The notes: a model not told the origin generated them from the letters alone. 64,000 nt of DNA from an uncultured bacterium (GCA_964558395.1 CAZLDS010000004.1:20897-84896), one strand, 5' to 3'; positions 45,139-56,652 are shown, counted from the stretch's first letter. A program made the numbers and translations.

Positions 45139-46299
45139 CTACGTACCAGGCACCAGCCACATAGCAAACTCCTCCCGCGTCCCGTTTTCCACGACCACGG
45201 CTCCGAGCCTGACGTTACCCTTCCGGAGAAAATCCACGCGAACGTAGCCTGTCGCTCCCCGGGCATAGCGCGTGGTCTCGTCACTGCCGACGGGTTCGAA
45301 GTGTCCCACTGTCGAGGCTCCACTCACGACCACATACTTGGTAGTCCGACCGGCCATGACCTGAAGATTGTGGTCGTGTCCCGCGGCATAGAGCAGCGGG
45401 CGGTACCGTACGAGAATGGAATCGAGGGACCGGCGCATGTGCTGGTTTCGGGCCCCCGACAGGTCCTGGTTGGTGATGCCGAGGTTTCGTGCAAGGGGAT
45501 ACGATGAGCCGATGACAGGCAGGGGGATCCAGAGCCACGGTGCCAGATTCGTGAGGGGAAAGAGGTGGGTCTTGGCGTCGAAGTATCCCCCGTGGCGCCC
45601 CGTGGTCGCCAGCGGGTGGTGCGTGGCAACCACCACATGGCGAGCCCCGGCCTGCTTTAGTGCAGCGTCTAGTCCTGCCAGTATCTCGGCCTCCGAGTCG
45701 GCGGAACAGTCCGAGTCGGGGTCCAAGGGCTTCGGCCCCCGGTGGAGCCACCATTGGGTGTCCAAAACGACCAGGCGTACCCGGCTGGCCAGATCCAGGA
45801 TGGAGGGTCCGGGACAACCATGGGTGGGCAGGATGTGAACCCGAGGTCCCCCGTGGCGCTCGATGAATCGCGTCTGGCGTCTCACCGCGGCCCACCCGTC
45901 GTCGCCGCCGTTATCCCAATCGTGGTTGCCGAGGACGAATATGACCCGGGCCCCGCTGGCTCGGGAGACCGCGAGCTGGGTGCCAAGGACGTCCTCGGCC
46001 GAGCTCCGGTCCGGATGGCCGGAGTCCGGCAGCCCGGCGGGATAGACGTTGTCGCCGAGGAAGACCACGACGATCCGGTCGGGAGCCTGATTGGCCTCCC
46101 GCGTCACCGCCGCAAGCACCGGATCGCCCTCGGTCGCGTATCCGGCATCTCCCAGAAGGAGTAGCCGGAGCTCCACGTCGTCGAGCGATGCCTGGGGCGT
46201 CGGGCCCCCGGGCTTAGGAGACCAGCCCGTCGCGCACGAAACCAGCAGTCCCCCCACGAGGGCCAACGCGAAGGCACCGGCCGTGATGGAGGACGGCAC
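45139..46299 (-). CDS. Calcineurin-like metallophosphoesterase lipoprotein
   Basis: Lipobox LLVSC, then LLLLGDAGY, VVFLGDNVY and LGNHDW metallophosphoesterase motifs. GTG 46299 was chosen because GGAAGGAG lies upstream and it avoids overlap; the ORF extends to 46344. Confidence 0.8.
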   Translation of the reverse strand: MPSSITAGAFALALVGGLLVSCATGWSPKPGGPTPQASLDDVELRLLLLGDAGYATEGDPVLAAVTREANQAPDRIVVVFLGDNVYPAGLPDSGHPDRSSAEDVLGTQLAVSRASGARVIFVLGNHDWDNGGDDGWAAVRRQTRFIERHGGPRVHILPTHGCPGPSILDLASRVRLVVLDTQWWLHRGPKPLDPDSDCSADSEAEILAGLDAALKQAGARHVVVATHHPLATTGRHGGYFDAKTHLFPLTNLAPWLWIPLPVIGSSYPLARNLGITNQDLSGARNQHMRRSLDSILVRYRPLLYAAGHDHNLQVMAGRTTKYVVVSGASTVGHFEPVGSDETTRYARGATGYVRVDFLRKGNVRLGAVVVENGTREEFAMWLVPGT

Positions 46300-46306
46300 G
46301 CTGCCC

Positions 46307-47008
46307 TTACTCCTTCCCAGCGGTCGTAAAGGTAGTCTCAACAAACGAAATGTTGCCCTCCTGCGACACCGTGCCGATACTCAGCTCATATTTGACACCG
46401 GCACGCAGAAAACCGTCGGGCACGGAAAACGTGGTCATGGTCCCAGGCAGTCTTGCCGTGAGATTGGCGCCCATTTCTTCCTGTTCAATTTTCATAATGT
46501 ACGCAGCCAGATGCTTGACCGGGGTCCAGGTGACCTTCAGATCCTTGGCGTCCACGCTCTGGGCGCCCGCCCTGGGCCGAACAAAAAAGGCCGCGGCCGG
46601 CAACTTGTGGATCAGAGTTGACTTGCCGTGGAATGTGTCACCGGACGCGGTCTTCCCGGTGAAGGTGTACACTCCCTCCGGGTAGGCCGATTTGAGGCTT
46701 TCAACGTCACGCGGCTCCGGAGATTCGAAACGGAACTGCCGGATCCCTAGGAAAGAAGTGTCAGGAGCCGTGAAGTCGATGACGGTGCGGCCGTCCGGAG
46801 AAACCACGGCGAGCTTCGCCAGTCCCTCGTTACCGCCCTGGACCTCGAACACGACCTCCACATCCCCGTCCGTCGCATTCTGTTCCAGGTAGATCCTCGC
46901 CACGTCAAAGGGCACGGACCAAGTGGACTCCTTAGCGGCCCCCAGTGCCAGGCCATAACAACCCAGAAGGAGAGTGACCCCTGCCAGAATCTGCATTCGT
47001 CTTGTCAT
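46307..47008 (-). CDS. Secreted beta-rich hypothetical protein
   Basis: Signal peptide MTRRMQILAGVTLLLGCYGLALGA. No recognisable motif. Confidence 0.6.
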   Translation of the reverse strand: MTRRMQILAGVTLLLGCYGLALGAAKESTWSVPFDVARIYLEQNATDGDVEVVFEVQGGNEGLAKLAVVSPDGRTVIDFTAPDTSFLGIRQFRFESPEPRDVESLKSAYPEGVYTFTGKTASGDTFHGKSTLIHKLPAAAFFVRPRAGAQSVDAKDLKVTWTPVKHLAAYIMKIEQEEMGANLTARLPGTMTTFSVPDGFLRAGVKYELSIGTVSQEGNISFVETTFTTAGKE

Positions 47009-47082
47009 TTCGAATCCCTCACTAGGTACGGGAAAAAGACCAGGCTGGCGAATTGAGGATGCCACGGCCGGCCGTCCGGAGA

Positions 47083-49047
47083 TCAGTCCCGAAGCGCTTC
47101 AACCGGTTCCAGGTGGGCAGCCCGCAACGCGGGATAGGCGCCCGACAGCAACCCGATCAGGCCGCCGACAAGTGGCGCGAGCAAGGGTGCCTCGACGTCC
47201 AGCACCGGGGTCCAGACCTGGTAGGCGGAGACGGCAGCCACAATGAGCACTCCTACGCTGGCCCCAATGATGCCCCCGATCACGCCCATCGAGGCGCTCT
47301 CGAACAAAAACTGCGCGGCGATGTGCCCGCGCGTTGCTCCGATGGCTCGGCGCAGGCCGATCTCACCAGTCCGCTCCATCACTCCCACGAGTGTAATATT
47401 GGCAATGCCAATAGCGCCGACAACCAGGGATAATCCCCCGAGCAAGAGAAACATGGCGCTCAGGTCAGTCTGGACTTCCTCGCGCAGGCGCTTGGGCTCC
47501 TGGGGAACCTCGAGTTTCAAAACCCGGGGATCATCGGGCCGCAGCGCCAATCGTGCTTGATCGGCAATGAGGTACGCCGCGCCAATCTTTGTCTCGACGA
47601 CCACCCTGCCAGGCCCCGCCAGCCCGAAATCATGGCGTGCGGTGCCTTCAGGGATAATAACGGAGCTAAGTAACTCGGGTCTGCGGGCGACATCGCGCAG
47701 AATACCAACGACCAGGTAGAGATGATCGCCGATGGAGATGGCCGGAATTTGCTCAAGGCCCATGATATTGAGCCTGCGAGCAGCGTCCGGACCCAGAACA
47801 GCGATCCGGTCCGCCCGATTCGAATGGCCCAGATCCGGGAAACGCCCGGTCTTGAGCTCCGCTCTGACCGCCCGGAACAAATCGGGGGATGCGGCGTACA
47901 CCGAAAGCTTGAATGCGGTCTGATTCCGAGGGTCTTTCATCGGCGACGAGCTCACCAGCGCGCCTCCGACATGAACCTCACTCATCGTTCCCGCGGCAAC
48001 CACGCCGTTCAGACGGCGAAGACGCGTCGACGCATCCCATGGAATGGCTTTAGGATCGACGATGCCCGTTGTTCTACCAGGCTTCGCCGTGATAAAAAGC
48101 TCGGTCGCGGCGACCTGGTCGAACTGGCTGATGATGCGGTTGCCGGCGGTGCGGGTCAGGCCCACCGTCGCCACGACAGCCGTCAGCCCAATGGCAACCC
48201 CCAGCACGGTCAGCATCATCCGGATCGGCCTGGCGAACATCCCCGCCAGCGCTTCATTCAGAAGATCACGAATCGTGATTCCCGAACGCGATACAGTCTT
48301 ATTCACAGTTGCTGGCGCAGAGCCCTTTGACCTGTCCTCATTCTCTCCATTGGTGACATGTGTCAGCGAACCATCAACCATGTGCACGCGGCGTGCGGCC
48401 CGATTGGCCACCTCTTCGTTGTGCGTCACCACGACCAGCGTGAGACCTTCTTGGTTCAGTTTCTCGAGGAGATCGAGGATGGCGGTGGATGACTTTGAAT
48501 CCAGATTTCCGGTCGGTTCGTCGCATAACAGCAGGCTGGGAGAACCAACGAGGGCGCGGGCAATGGCAACCCGTTGCCTCTCACCGCCCGACAGTTTCCC
48601 CGGCAGGAAATCGGCACGGTGACTGAGCCCCACGCGCTCGATCGCCGCCAGTGCGCGCGCTCGCCGACCGTGATTGGACTGCCTGCGGTACACTTCCGCC
48701 AACATCACGTTCTCCAATACGGTGCGGTACGGTAGCAGATGGAATGATTGAAACACGAACCCGATGCGTTGACTCCGTAATCCGGCACGTTGTTCGTCGG
48801 GCAACTTGGCGGTGTCTATGCCATCAAAGAAATAAGTGCCGCTGGTTGGGCGGTCCAGGCAGCCGATGATGTGCAGCAGGGTCGACTTTCCAGCGCCCGA
48901 TGGACCGGTAATCGCTAGCCACTCGCCACGCGCCAACAAAAGATCAACATCGACGAGTGCGTGCACGGCCGGTTCGCTTCCGTATTGCCTGCTCACCTTA
49001 TGCAACTCGAACACCCTCTGGGTTGTGTCGAGTTCATGCGTAATCAT
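47083..49047 (-). CDS. macB: MacB-type ABC transporter, fused ATPase and FtsX-like permease
   Basis: Walker A GPSGAGKST, signature LSGGERQRVAIARAL and Walker B LLLCDEPT. A C-terminal 4-TM FtsX domain with a large periplasmic loop follows. Confidence 0.85.
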   Translation of the reverse strand: MITHELDTTQRVFELHKVSRQYGSEPAVHALVDVDLLLARGEWLAITGPSGAGKSTLLHIIGCLDRPTSGTYFFDGIDTAKLPDEQRAGLRSQRIGFVFQSFHLLPYRTVLENVMLAEVYRRQSNHGRRARALAAIERVGLSHRADFLPGKLSGGERQRVAIARALVGSPSLLLCDEPTGNLDSKSSTAILDLLEKLNQEGLTLVVVTHNEEVANRAARRVHMVDGSLTHVTNGENEDRSKGSAPATVNKTVSRSGITIRDLLNEALAGMFARPIRMMLTVLGVAIGLTAVVATVGLTRTAGNRIISQFDQVAATELFITAKPGRTTGIVDPKAIPWDASTRLRRLNGVVAAGTMSEVHVGGALVSSSPMKDPRNQTAFKLSVYAASPDLFRAVRAELKTGRFPDLGHSNRADRIAVLGPDAARRLNIMGLEQIPAISIGDHLYLVVGILRDVARRPELLSSVIIPEGTARHDFGLAGPGRVVVETKIGAAYLIADQARLALRPDDPRVLKLEVPQEPKRLREEVQTDLSAMFLLLGGLSLVVGAIGIANITLVGVMERTGEIGLRRAIGATRGHIAAQFLFESASMGVIGGIIGASVGVLIVAAVSAYQVWTPVLDVEAPLLAPLVGGLIGLLSGAYPALRAAHLEPVEALRD

Positions 49048-49057
49048 GGTCGGGCCC

Positions 49058-50638
49058 CTATTCATTCTTGGGATTCTCATATCCGACGACCACGAGTTCG
49101 CCTGCGGCGAGCTTCTCCTTAACAGGAGTCACTTCGACGAAACCGTCAGCGGACAATCCCGGTTTCACCGCGATGTACTTGAGCGCATCACCGCGTTTTA
49201 CCTGGACTCGTGATGTCCCGTCGGCGGCGAGAGAGAGTGCGCTGAGCGGGACGACGGTGACGACTCCCTTGGTTGATTCGATGGGGATCGTGAGGCGCAG
49301 GGAGAAACCCTCGAGCCGAGTCGGCGTCTTGTCAACGCGAATCTCGCAGTAGATGTGGTATCCGTCGACTCCGTGGGTGCCAGGGGTATCGGCCACCCTT
49401 GTGACCACACCCGTGGCTTTGATGCCCAGGGCCTGTTCATCAATGGCGACCTGCATACCCGGCTTGACAAGCGGCGCTGCGTCCAGAGGGAGGGCTGCGT
49501 CGATCACTAATTGATTATCTGTCACCGACATGACGGGCCCCCTCGCCTCGTGACCGACAAGGGACGTGACCTCCTCGACGCGGACAGGGAGAGCGGGAAT
49601 GAACACGATCTCATCGGCGGGCACCTGCACGCCAAGCTTCCGTTTGGCAATGTCCAAGTCAGCAGCGAGTCGATCGGCTCGCTCTGCCGCCAACTTGGCC
49701 TCACGTACAGCCGCCTTCTGTGCGTCAAGAGCGGCCTGGATCTCTACTTCACCTTCCAACTGAGCTTTGCGGGCAGCGGCTCGAGCCAATTCGAGTTTGG
49801 CCTCGGCGGCCGCTCGGGCTGTTTCCGGTTGTCGCGGGTCCAGCACGATCAAAGCCCGTTCGGCGATCATGGCCTGAATCTCGGCGGCAGCAGCCCTATT
49901 GGCGTGTTCCGCTTTGGCGCGTGCGGCGTCTACGGCCCGGGGTGCGGCGGCAGCAGCCGCAGCAGTCGCCACCTTGTTTTTTTGCGCGGCACCCCACTCC
50001 CGCTCGAGGGCACGGATATGCGCAATTTGGTCGAGCGTCGGTCCAAACGGCTCAAATCCCGCCGCATTGTACCATTGGGCCACCGCAGCGCTCGTCCGCT
50101 TGTCGTACGTTCCATCAATGGGACCGGGATCAAACCGGAGTCGCTTGAGTCCTTGCTCCAATTGGCGGACATCATCTCCGGACGTCCCGGGGACGAGATC
50201 CCGGTATGCCGTGATCTTCCCCCGGAGAACGAACACTGGGCGCCCTGAAGCGGCGAGTATGACATCCCCTTCCCGCAGCTGGGTGTTTCGCAAAGGCAAT
50301 GTGGTGATTAACCCTGCCTTCGCCTTCAAGGTGGAGGGCACAATCGAGATCGGTTGGGGCAATCCGAATCGGGCCGTGCCGCGCGTCACGACCGTCGAAC
50401 TGAGCACGCGTTCTTCGACCGGGACGAGAATCGCCGATGGTGTGGGGGGTGCTGTTCGTGCGGCGACATCCGCTGGGGATTGGATCCACGTCGCTGCCAG
50501 GAAACCTCCTACCACGGCAGCGGCCACAAGCGCGAGGACGCAGTACAGGACAATGGTTTGTTTTCTGTTCAATGTCGGTATACCGAGTTTTGCGAGAACA
50601 CCTCTGTCTACTGGCCAACCTCGACCAGACGGCTCCAT
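49058..50638 (-). CDS. Membrane-anchored periplasmic adaptor (HlyD/MacA-like) with an inserted peptidoglycan-binding domain
   Basis: N-terminal TM segment. PG_binding_1-like GDDVRQLEQGLKRLRFDPGPIDGTYDKRTSAAVAQWY. A long Ala-rich coiled coil is followed by a beta-barrel/MP-like C-terminus. The start is ATG 50638 or TTG 50671. Confidence 0.75.
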   Translation of the reverse strand: MEPSGRGWPVDRGVLAKLGIPTLNRKQTIVLYCVLALVAAAVVGGFLAATWIQSPADVAARTAPPTPSAILVPVEERVLSSTVVTRGTARFGLPQPISIVPSTLKAKAGLITTLPLRNTQLREGDVILAASGRPVFVLRGKITAYRDLVPGTSGDDVRQLEQGLKRLRFDPGPIDGTYDKRTSAAVAQWYNAAGFEPFGPTLDQIAHIRALEREWGAAQKNKVATAAAAAAAPRAVDAARAKAEHANRAAAAEIQAMIAERALIVLDPRQPETARAAAEAKLELARAAARKAQLEGEVEIQAALDAQKAAVREAKLAAERADRLAADLDIAKRKLGVQVPADEIVFIPALPVRVEEVTSLVGHEARGPVMSVTDNQLVIDAALPLDAAPLVKPGMQVAIDEQALGIKATGVVTRVADTPGTHGVDGYHIYCEIRVDKTPTRLEGFSLRLTIPIESTKGVVTVVPLSALSLAADGTSRVQVKRGDALKYIAVKPGLSADGFVEVTPVKEKLAAGELVVVGYENPKNE

Positions 50639-50870
50639 AGGATCATACCCACAAATGGGGCGTGCACGCAAGCACCCGGCGTCTCCGCAGAACGCTGGAT
50701 TGTGCGCAAGCCCCGCCTGTGTCTCGGCGCAGGGTTCACCCTGTGACGTCTAGTGTCGTTCCAACTTGTTGGACAGAATACCCGGAAGCGAGGCAGGCAC
50801 CCAGGACTCAGCACACCGCGTTACTCCCTTTGGCCCCAATACTTAGAACGGCACTAGGGAGCGTCGCCGC

Positions 50871-51746
50871 TCATTTGACTTCACGGGCAAACAATTCCTT
50901 CTCAATCTTCTCCTCAACTGGGTCGAAGATCTCCTCTTGTAGCTTGAAGTTTTTCGCGGCGACCCTCCGCTCATAGTCTTGGAGCTTCTTGAGGGCGGCC
51001 CGTTGCTCAGGCGGCATCTCTTCGACACGGATCGTCCCGCCGGTTGTGAGGGCGGCAAGCCGATCCCTCATATCGTCCTCGACCTCATCTGGATGATCGT
51101 ATTCGAAACCGGCCTTGCGCATCGCGGCGCCGTATTGCCGCAGAGCCGCTTTCATACGCGGGTCCTTGTTGATGAGGGCATCCTTTGGGTTGTAGTAGGT
51201 CGCCTTCAATTGTTCCGGGTCGAATACCTGTTCGATGGCCTTGCGCGTACACCCGCCAGTCCGGGAGAAATTCTCTGTCTCGAGCCCAACCGCGAATGTC
51301 GCGCCGATATTTTCGCCGAAGAGGGTGCGGTTGTACGCAACCTGATCAGCAGGTGAAAGGTTCTTGTAGATTTGCACGTTCCGTTCCCCCAAGCCGACCT
51401 TGGCCGGACTGTAACCCTCGGCGAGCTGTGGGGGTTGACCGGTATACAGCGTCGAAACGCCGAACCCGTACTTGTTGATGAATTCTTCCTCGCTGAGTCC
51501 CGGCAGATTTTTATCGGCCGCCATTCCCTTGCGCACCGTGATGTAGTCAGCGGCGACGTACTCGAATCCCTGGTCACGCATGCACTTGGAGATCAACGTT
51601 TCAACCTTCTCGACGGCCTGGACGAGTTGCGCGTGTGTGAGGCCAAACTCCTCTGTACCCATACCCGGCGGAGCCTGTGCGTGAGCGCTGCCGGCAAGGA
51701 GGAGCACGGCCACGACAGTTATGATAGCCCGAATCACGTCTCTCAT
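50871..51746 (-). CDS. Secreted hypothetical protein
   Basis: Signal peptide MRDVIRAIITVVAVLLLAGSAHA. ATG 51746 is preceded by GGAGA. No motif recognised. Confidence 0.6.
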   Translation of the reverse strand: MRDVIRAIITVVAVLLLAGSAHAQAPPGMGTEEFGLTHAQLVQAVEKVETLISKCMRDQGFEYVAADYITVRKGMAADKNLPGLSEEEFINKYGFGVSTLYTGQPPQLAEGYSPAKVGLGERNVQIYKNLSPADQVAYNRTLFGENIGATFAVGLETENFSRTGGCTRKAIEQVFDPEQLKATYYNPKDALINKDPRMKAALRQYGAAMRKAGFEYDHPDEVEDDMRDRLAALTTGGTIRVEEMPPEQRAALKKLQDYERRVAAKNFKLQEEIFDPVEEKIEKELFAREVK

Positions 51747-51768
51747 GGCATGGCTTCTCCTGCCACCA

Positions 51769-52887
51769 TTATTTCTCCATAGCCAACACCTTCCCTGTCT
51801 CCATGTCGATGATGACATCGGTCTCGGCTCCGTCTTCTTTCGAAAGCACCTCTACAACGTATCGGTTTGCACCGAGCTTCTTCTCAATGGCTACGTCCGT
51901 GACCTCGCCTGGTACTGCCTTCACTGCGATCTTGACGGCTTCTTCTTCGCTGATCCTCGGGCGCTTGGCACTGGCCTGGGCCGTGATCCTGCGCTGGTAT
52001 TTCTTCAGTGCGGTGAACTTGATCAGCGGGTGCTCGATCGGGTTCGAGAGCGCGTAGACATCCTTACTGACCTCGTAGGCGTGATTTTCCAACTCGAGCA
52101 CCTTCGCGCGGACTTCCGCCAGGGCCTCGGGGCCGAGCTGCTCGACTCTGATCAGCTCGAGGGTCTCTTTTGTTTTTTCCCCCTTGCCCCTCCAGCCAAC
52201 TCGAATATTGCCGACGCCCTGCGCGTAGTACTTGAGCTGGGTAGCGTTCGGTTCCTCCTTGCTGGTCTCGGCGATCACCAGAACGTCCTTATAGCGGCCC
52301 GCGGGTACCGTTGTCTCCTGCCCCATTTGATCCACTTGTCCTCGGTCTTTGAAGCCAACGGCCGGCCCCCACCCTTGGGCAAAACTCGGCGTGCCAGTCT
52401 GCGGCTTTGCCGGCATCATGATTCCAGCCTTGGCGCCTTCGATTCCATGAACCCACGTCGGGGCAGCCACGAACTTCCCGTCTTCGTATTCTTCAGGATA
52501 CTCACCCAGGCGCCAGACAGTGCCGTCGTTGTCCTGCGCAAAGAAGGCGAGCTCCGCCTCCTCCAACTCATCGGCACTGTAATCCAGGTCCCATGTCACG
52601 ACCGAGCGAACGCCGCCGATCATCTTGGTCGTGTCGGTGACGGTGATCACCACCCGATGCGGCACGGTCGCGCCGTCATCTTCGATGGTGGTCCCTTCGT
52701 ACACGTATCGCGTCCCCGGTTTCAGCGGAAACCATGCGTTGTCGATCTGGGTAGAACGAGCAAAATTGCTGGGGTTAAAGTCCTCGAACTCTTTCTCAGC
52801 AGTTTGACCACCATACACCGTTGCCAAAAGCACCAGCAGCGACGCAGTTGCCACGGAGACGACACGAAGACCGTACACTGCTTTCAT
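51769..52887 (-). CDS. Secreted protein with a C-terminal PepSY domain
   Basis: Signal peptide present. The C-terminal ISEEEAVKIAVKAVPGEVTDVAIEKKLGANRYVVEVLSKEDGAETDVIIDMETGKVL matches the PepSY pattern. Confidence 0.65.
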   Translation of the reverse strand: MKAVYGLRVVSVATASLLVLLATVYGGQTAEKEFEDFNPSNFARSTQIDNAWFPLKPGTRYVYEGTTIEDDGATVPHRVVITVTDTTKMIGGVRSVVTWDLDYSADELEEAELAFFAQDNDGTVWRLGEYPEEYEDGKFVAAPTWVHGIEGAKAGIMMPAKPQTGTPSFAQGWGPAVGFKDRGQVDQMGQETTVPAGRYKDVLVIAETSKEEPNATQLKYYAQGVGNIRVGWRGKGEKTKETLELIRVEQLGPEALAEVRAKVLELENHAYEVSKDVYALSNPIEHPLIKFTALKKYQRRITAQASAKRPRISEEEAVKIAVKAVPGEVTDVAIEKKLGANRYVVEVLSKEDGAETDVIIDMETGKVLAMEK

Positions 52888-52941
52888 CGTCTTAGCTCCA
52901 TTGTGGGTTAGTTAGAAACAGCGCTTCACGCACCTCGATCC

Positions 52942-55900
52942 TCACCTTGACGCAGGTTCCAAGCTGGATGTACCCGCATAATGGCTGGGCGCAAAGCGCA
53001 GGTACAGGCTAGGGACGACGAAAAGGTTGAGCAGTGTCGAGGTGACCAGGCCGCCCAGAACCACGAGGGCCAACGGGTGTTCGATCTCGTTGCCGGGAAT
53101 CGAGCCCGCAATCACCAGGGGCACGAGGGCCAGCCCGGTTGTGGTCGCGGTCATCAAGATGGGCGCCAGCCGTTCCCGTGCCCCGCGCAGGACGAGCGCG
53201 GGGCCAAAGGTCTCCCCCTCATACGCTTCCAGATGCTGAAAGTGATTGATCATCAAAATACCGTTGCGTGCCGCAATTCCCAACACGGTGAGGAATCCCA
53301 CGAGCGAACCGAGCGAGATGACGCCGTCACCCAACCAAGCCGCCAGCACACCGCCCACTAGGGCCGAGGGGAGAAGCACAAAGGAAATGACCGCCAGGCG
53401 GGCACTATTAAAGGAGGTGTGGAGTAAGAGGAAAATCGCGAGCAGACCGACAATTGCGAAGGCGAGCATTTTGCGCTGAACCGCCAGCCGCTCCGTATAT
53501 TCCCCCAGCAGCACCGGATAGTACTCATGGGGGAACTCGATCTTGGCGAGGGCGGCCTGCACATCGGCATAGACCGCGCCAAGAGGGCGTCCACGCACGT
53601 TGGCATCAACGTCCATGCGGCGACTGAGGTTCTCACGTTGGACGACATTCGGCGTTGGCGCGATGCGCACATCGGCCACTTCCTCCAAACGCGCGTGACC
53701 GCCGCCAGGCGTGTCAATTAAAAGGTTCTTAATATCGCTCAGACTATGGCGCGCCGAAGGTATGCTCCACACATTCACATCGTACGTCCGGTTGGCGATG
53801 TGAATATCGCCGGCTTCCTCGAGGGCCACCAAGGTAGTCGTTGCTCGGCGCACGTCTCCTGGTTTAACGCCATACTTTTGGGCCTTCGCTAGATCGACCT
53901 TCACTTCGATCTGGGGGATCTTTTCCTGAAAGGACATGTGCAGATCGATGATGCCGTCAATCTTCGCCAGGGCATCTCTCACTTCCGTCGCCTTTTGCTT
54001 GAGGACATCCAGATCACGCCCATAGATCCGCACCACAATCGCATCGGAGCTTCCGGTGAGCACCTCGCGGATCCTCTCTTTGAGATAGGTCTGCACGTCG
54101 CGATAGACCCCGGGGTAGCCGTCAACGGCCGCCTGGATTTTGCGGAGCGTCTCGTCATAGTCCACCGCAGGATCGACGCTGATCCAATTTTCGCCGAAAT
54201 ACACACCGACCACTTCATCCATGATCAGGGCTTGCCCGATGTGGGCCCCGAAATTGCGGACACCGGGAATGGACCGCAATTCCTTACTGGCCTGAACGGT
54301 GATGCGGGCCTCCTCTGGCCAGGAGGTGCCGGGCTTGGTGAGCCAGTGCATCAGGAAGTCCCTCTCCTTGAACGAAGGCAGCAGCGAATGCCCGAGTAGC
54401 GGCCACACGACGATGCCCGCCAGCATGATGACGCCGACGGTCAGATAGGCCGGGAGGGGCGTCTTGACAATCCGCGAAAGTACCGTGCCGTAGCCGCGTT
54501 GCAGCCAGCGCGTGAGCGGGGACTCGCGGTGCTCGAGCGGGACATTCCGCAACAGAATAAAGCTCATTGCCGGTGTGACAGTCAGTGCGACCACCATGGA
54601 CGCTGCAATCGCTATCGCATAAGAAAACGCCAGGGGCCTGAAAAATGCACCAGACAACCCCTCCATCACGAAGACCGGCAACAGTGCCGCGATTTCGATC
54701 AGCGATGCGACGACGATGGCGTGGCGCACCTCATACGAGGCCTCGAGAACGACTCTCCCAAACGGTACCTGGCTGCCCTCCTTACGATACTCGCGCAGGC
54801 GTCGCACGATGTTTTCGACATCGACGATCGCATCATCCACCACGGCGCCCAGGGCAATCACCAGCCCGGCCAACACCATGGTATTGATGGTTGTCCCACG
54901 TAAGTAGAGGACCATCATTGCCGACATCAGCGATAAGGGGATCGCCGTACAACTGATCAACGCGGTACGCCACTCGTACAGAAAGACAAAAAGAACCAGC
55001 ACGACGAGAACCGCGGCGATGATAAGCGCCTTGTTGAGATTGTGGACGGCCACCTCGATGAAGGTGGCCGGCCGGAAGATGGTCGTGTCAATGTCCACAT
55101 CGGGAAGACCGGGCCGCAAGGCATCGAGCGCCTTTTCGACTTCCCGAGACACTTGCAGCGTGTTGCCCCAGGGGAATTTTTCCACGATGAGCAGCAGGCC
55201 GGGACCCTCGTTGACGATACCTTCGCCAACCATCGGTTGATGATCAATCACCACCTCGGCCACGTCTTTCAGCAGCAGCTGTTTGCCATTCCTGACGGCA
55301 AGGGGCACATTGGCCAGGGGATCCGTCGTGACCTGGTCATACTTCTGGACCACGGGGGGGACGTGCCGGATTTGCAGCCTTTGGTTCGGGGTCTCCACCC
55401 ACCCGCCGCTGCCGATATGGTGTCCCTCTGAAAATTTGAACAAACCCACGTCCAAAGAGTCGGCCGTGGCCCCCATGACCTCTTCCAGCGTCACCTTGTG
55501 CTTGCGCAACAACTCCGGTACGACGTTGACATTCAGCATTTGCAGCCGCTCGCCCCACATGGCGACATTGGCCACACCGGGGACGCGCAACAAGCGCTGC
55601 CGGATGGTCCAATAGGTGATCATCGACAAGTCCATTACGGATCGGGTTTTCGACGAAATCCCGATCTTCATCATCCGGCTGGTTGACGACAGGGGCGGCA
55701 GCATCACGGGCGGGCTGGCCCAGCTTGGCAACGTCGGGACGACTGTTATAATGCGCTCGTTCAGCATCTGCCGCGCCAGCAGCAGATCCGTGCCGGGCTT
55801 GAAATACATCTTGATTGCCGACAAACCAGGAACCGACTTGGAGCGCATGGCGGTCATCCCCGGCACGCCGGCGAGCACCTGCTCCAGCGGAGCCGTGACC

Positions 55901-56091
55901 AGGGACTCCACTTCTTCCGAAGAAAGTCCGAGGCTGATGGTCTGAATCTCCACCATCGGCGGCGCGAACTCGGGAAAGACGTCCACCGGCATTTTTTGAA
56001 CTTGCTCGATGCCGAAGTACATCAGTCCCACCGCGCAGGCAAGAACAAGGTACCTGAACTTCAGGCTCTTTTCGACGATCCACCGAAACAT
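52942..56091 (-). CDS. RND efflux permease, CusA/CzcA (COG3696)-like
   Basis: 1049 aa with 12 TM segments and two large periplasmic loops. The N-terminus [17 protein letters not shown] and the TM4 motif [19 protein letters not shown] are typical of the family. Confidence 0.9.
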   Translation of the reverse strand: MFRWIVEKSLKFRYLVLACAVGLMYFGIEQVQKMPVDVFPEFAPPMVEIQTISLGLSSEEVESLVTAPLEQVLAGVPGMTAMRSKSVPGLSAIKMYFKPGTDLLLARQMLNERIITVVPTLPSWASPPVMLPPLSSTSRMMKIGISSKTRSVMDLSMITYWTIRQRLLRVPGVANVAMWGERLQMLNVNVVPELLRKHKVTLEEVMGATADSLDVGLFKFSEGHHIGSGGWVETPNQRLQIRHVPPVVQKYDQVTTDPLANVPLAVRNGKQLLLKDVAEVVIDHQPMVGEGIVNEGPGLLLIVEKFPWGNTLQVSREVEKALDALRPGLPDVDIDTTIFRPATFIEVAVHNLNKALIIAAVLVVLVLFVFLYEWRTALISCTAIPLSLMSAMMVLYLRGTTINTMVLAGLVIALGAVVDDAIVDVENIVRRLREYRKEGSQVPFGRVVLEASYEVRHAIVVASLIEIAALLPVFVMEGLSGAFFRPLAFSYAIAIAASMVVALTVTPAMSFILLRNVPLEHRESPLTRWLQRGYGTVLSRIVKTPLPAYLTVGVIMLAGIVVWPLLGHSLLPSFKERDFLMHWLTKPGTSWPEEARITVQASKELRSIPGVRNFGAHIGQALIMDEVVGVYFGENWISVDPAVDYDETLRKIQAAVDGYPGVYRDVQTYLKERIREVLTGSSDAIVVRIYGRDLDVLKQKATEVRDALAKIDGIIDLHMSFQEKIPQIEVKVDLAKAQKYGVKPGDVRRATTTLVALEEAGDIHIANRTYDVNVWSIPSARHSLSDIKNLLIDTPGGGHARLEEVADVRIAPTPNVVQRENLSRRMDVDANVRGRPLGAVYADVQAALAKIEFPHEYYPVLLGEYTERLAVQRKMLAFAIVGLLAIFLLLHTSFNSARLAVISFVLLPSALVGGVLAAWLGDGVISLGSLVGFLTVLGIAARNGILMINHFQHLEAYEGETFGPALVLRGARERLAPILMTATTTGLALVPLVIAGSIPGNEIEHPLALVVLGGLVTSTLLNLFVVPSLYLRFAPSHYAGTSSLEPASR

Positions 56092-56167
56092 AGCAGAGTC
56101 TCCGTCTATAGTCGGTTAGGTAGCATGTGCCCTATAAGGCGTAAAACGTGTTTCCGCTTCCCGTCTT

Positions 56168-56596
56168 CTAATGTCCAACCTTGAACTCGGCGCCGTACAG
56201 TTCCGCCACTGCCACTGCCGCGACGACCGTACCAACCGGCGGGCCGTCGTTCAGGACCGCAATATCACCTTTAATGTAGTCAACATCGACTTTATGCCTG
56301 ACGAAGGCACGGGGTTGGGGGCTGGTGTATACCCAGGTTTGGCCTTCGGGGTCATAGATCAGCGAAGAGTAGGGAACTACCTTTTTCCCTCCCTCCTCAC
56401 GAACCTGATCGGTTTTCAGATCGAGCCGTTCGATCGCCCGCTCGGTCAGAGTCACACGGCTCATATTCGACCCCTCGATTTTCGTGATTTCGGCCGGATG
56501 CTCGACGTGCTGTGTGTCAGCTTGTCTTTGGCACGCTGCCAGTGGCAGGCCCGCAATGATCAGCACCGCAATCATCACTCGATGAGTGTCCTGCAT
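56168..56596 (-). CDS. Small lipoprotein resembling only the N- and C-terminal (membrane-proximal) segments of an RND adaptor
   Basis: Lipobox LPLAAC. RVTLTERAIERLDLKTDQV resembles the start of CzcB/CusB-type adaptors. VVPYSSLIYDPEGQTWVYTSPQPRAFVRHKVDVDYIKGDIAVLNDGPPVGTVVAAVAVAELYGAE resembles their C-terminal MP domain. No hairpin, lipoyl or barrel parts are present. Confidence 0.6.
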   Translation of the reverse strand: MQDTHRVMIAVLIIAGLPLAACQRQADTQHVEHPAEITKIEGSNMSRVTLTERAIERLDLKTDQVREEGGKKVVPYSSLIYDPEGQTWVYTSPQPRAFVRHKVDVDYIKGDIAVLNDGPPVGTVVAAVAVAELYGAEFKVGH

Positions 56597-56652
56597 CGCT
56601 CCCCTCCTATTGATCCTTAATACGGGTTGTCCCTTTCTGGTTCTTGGACTTG

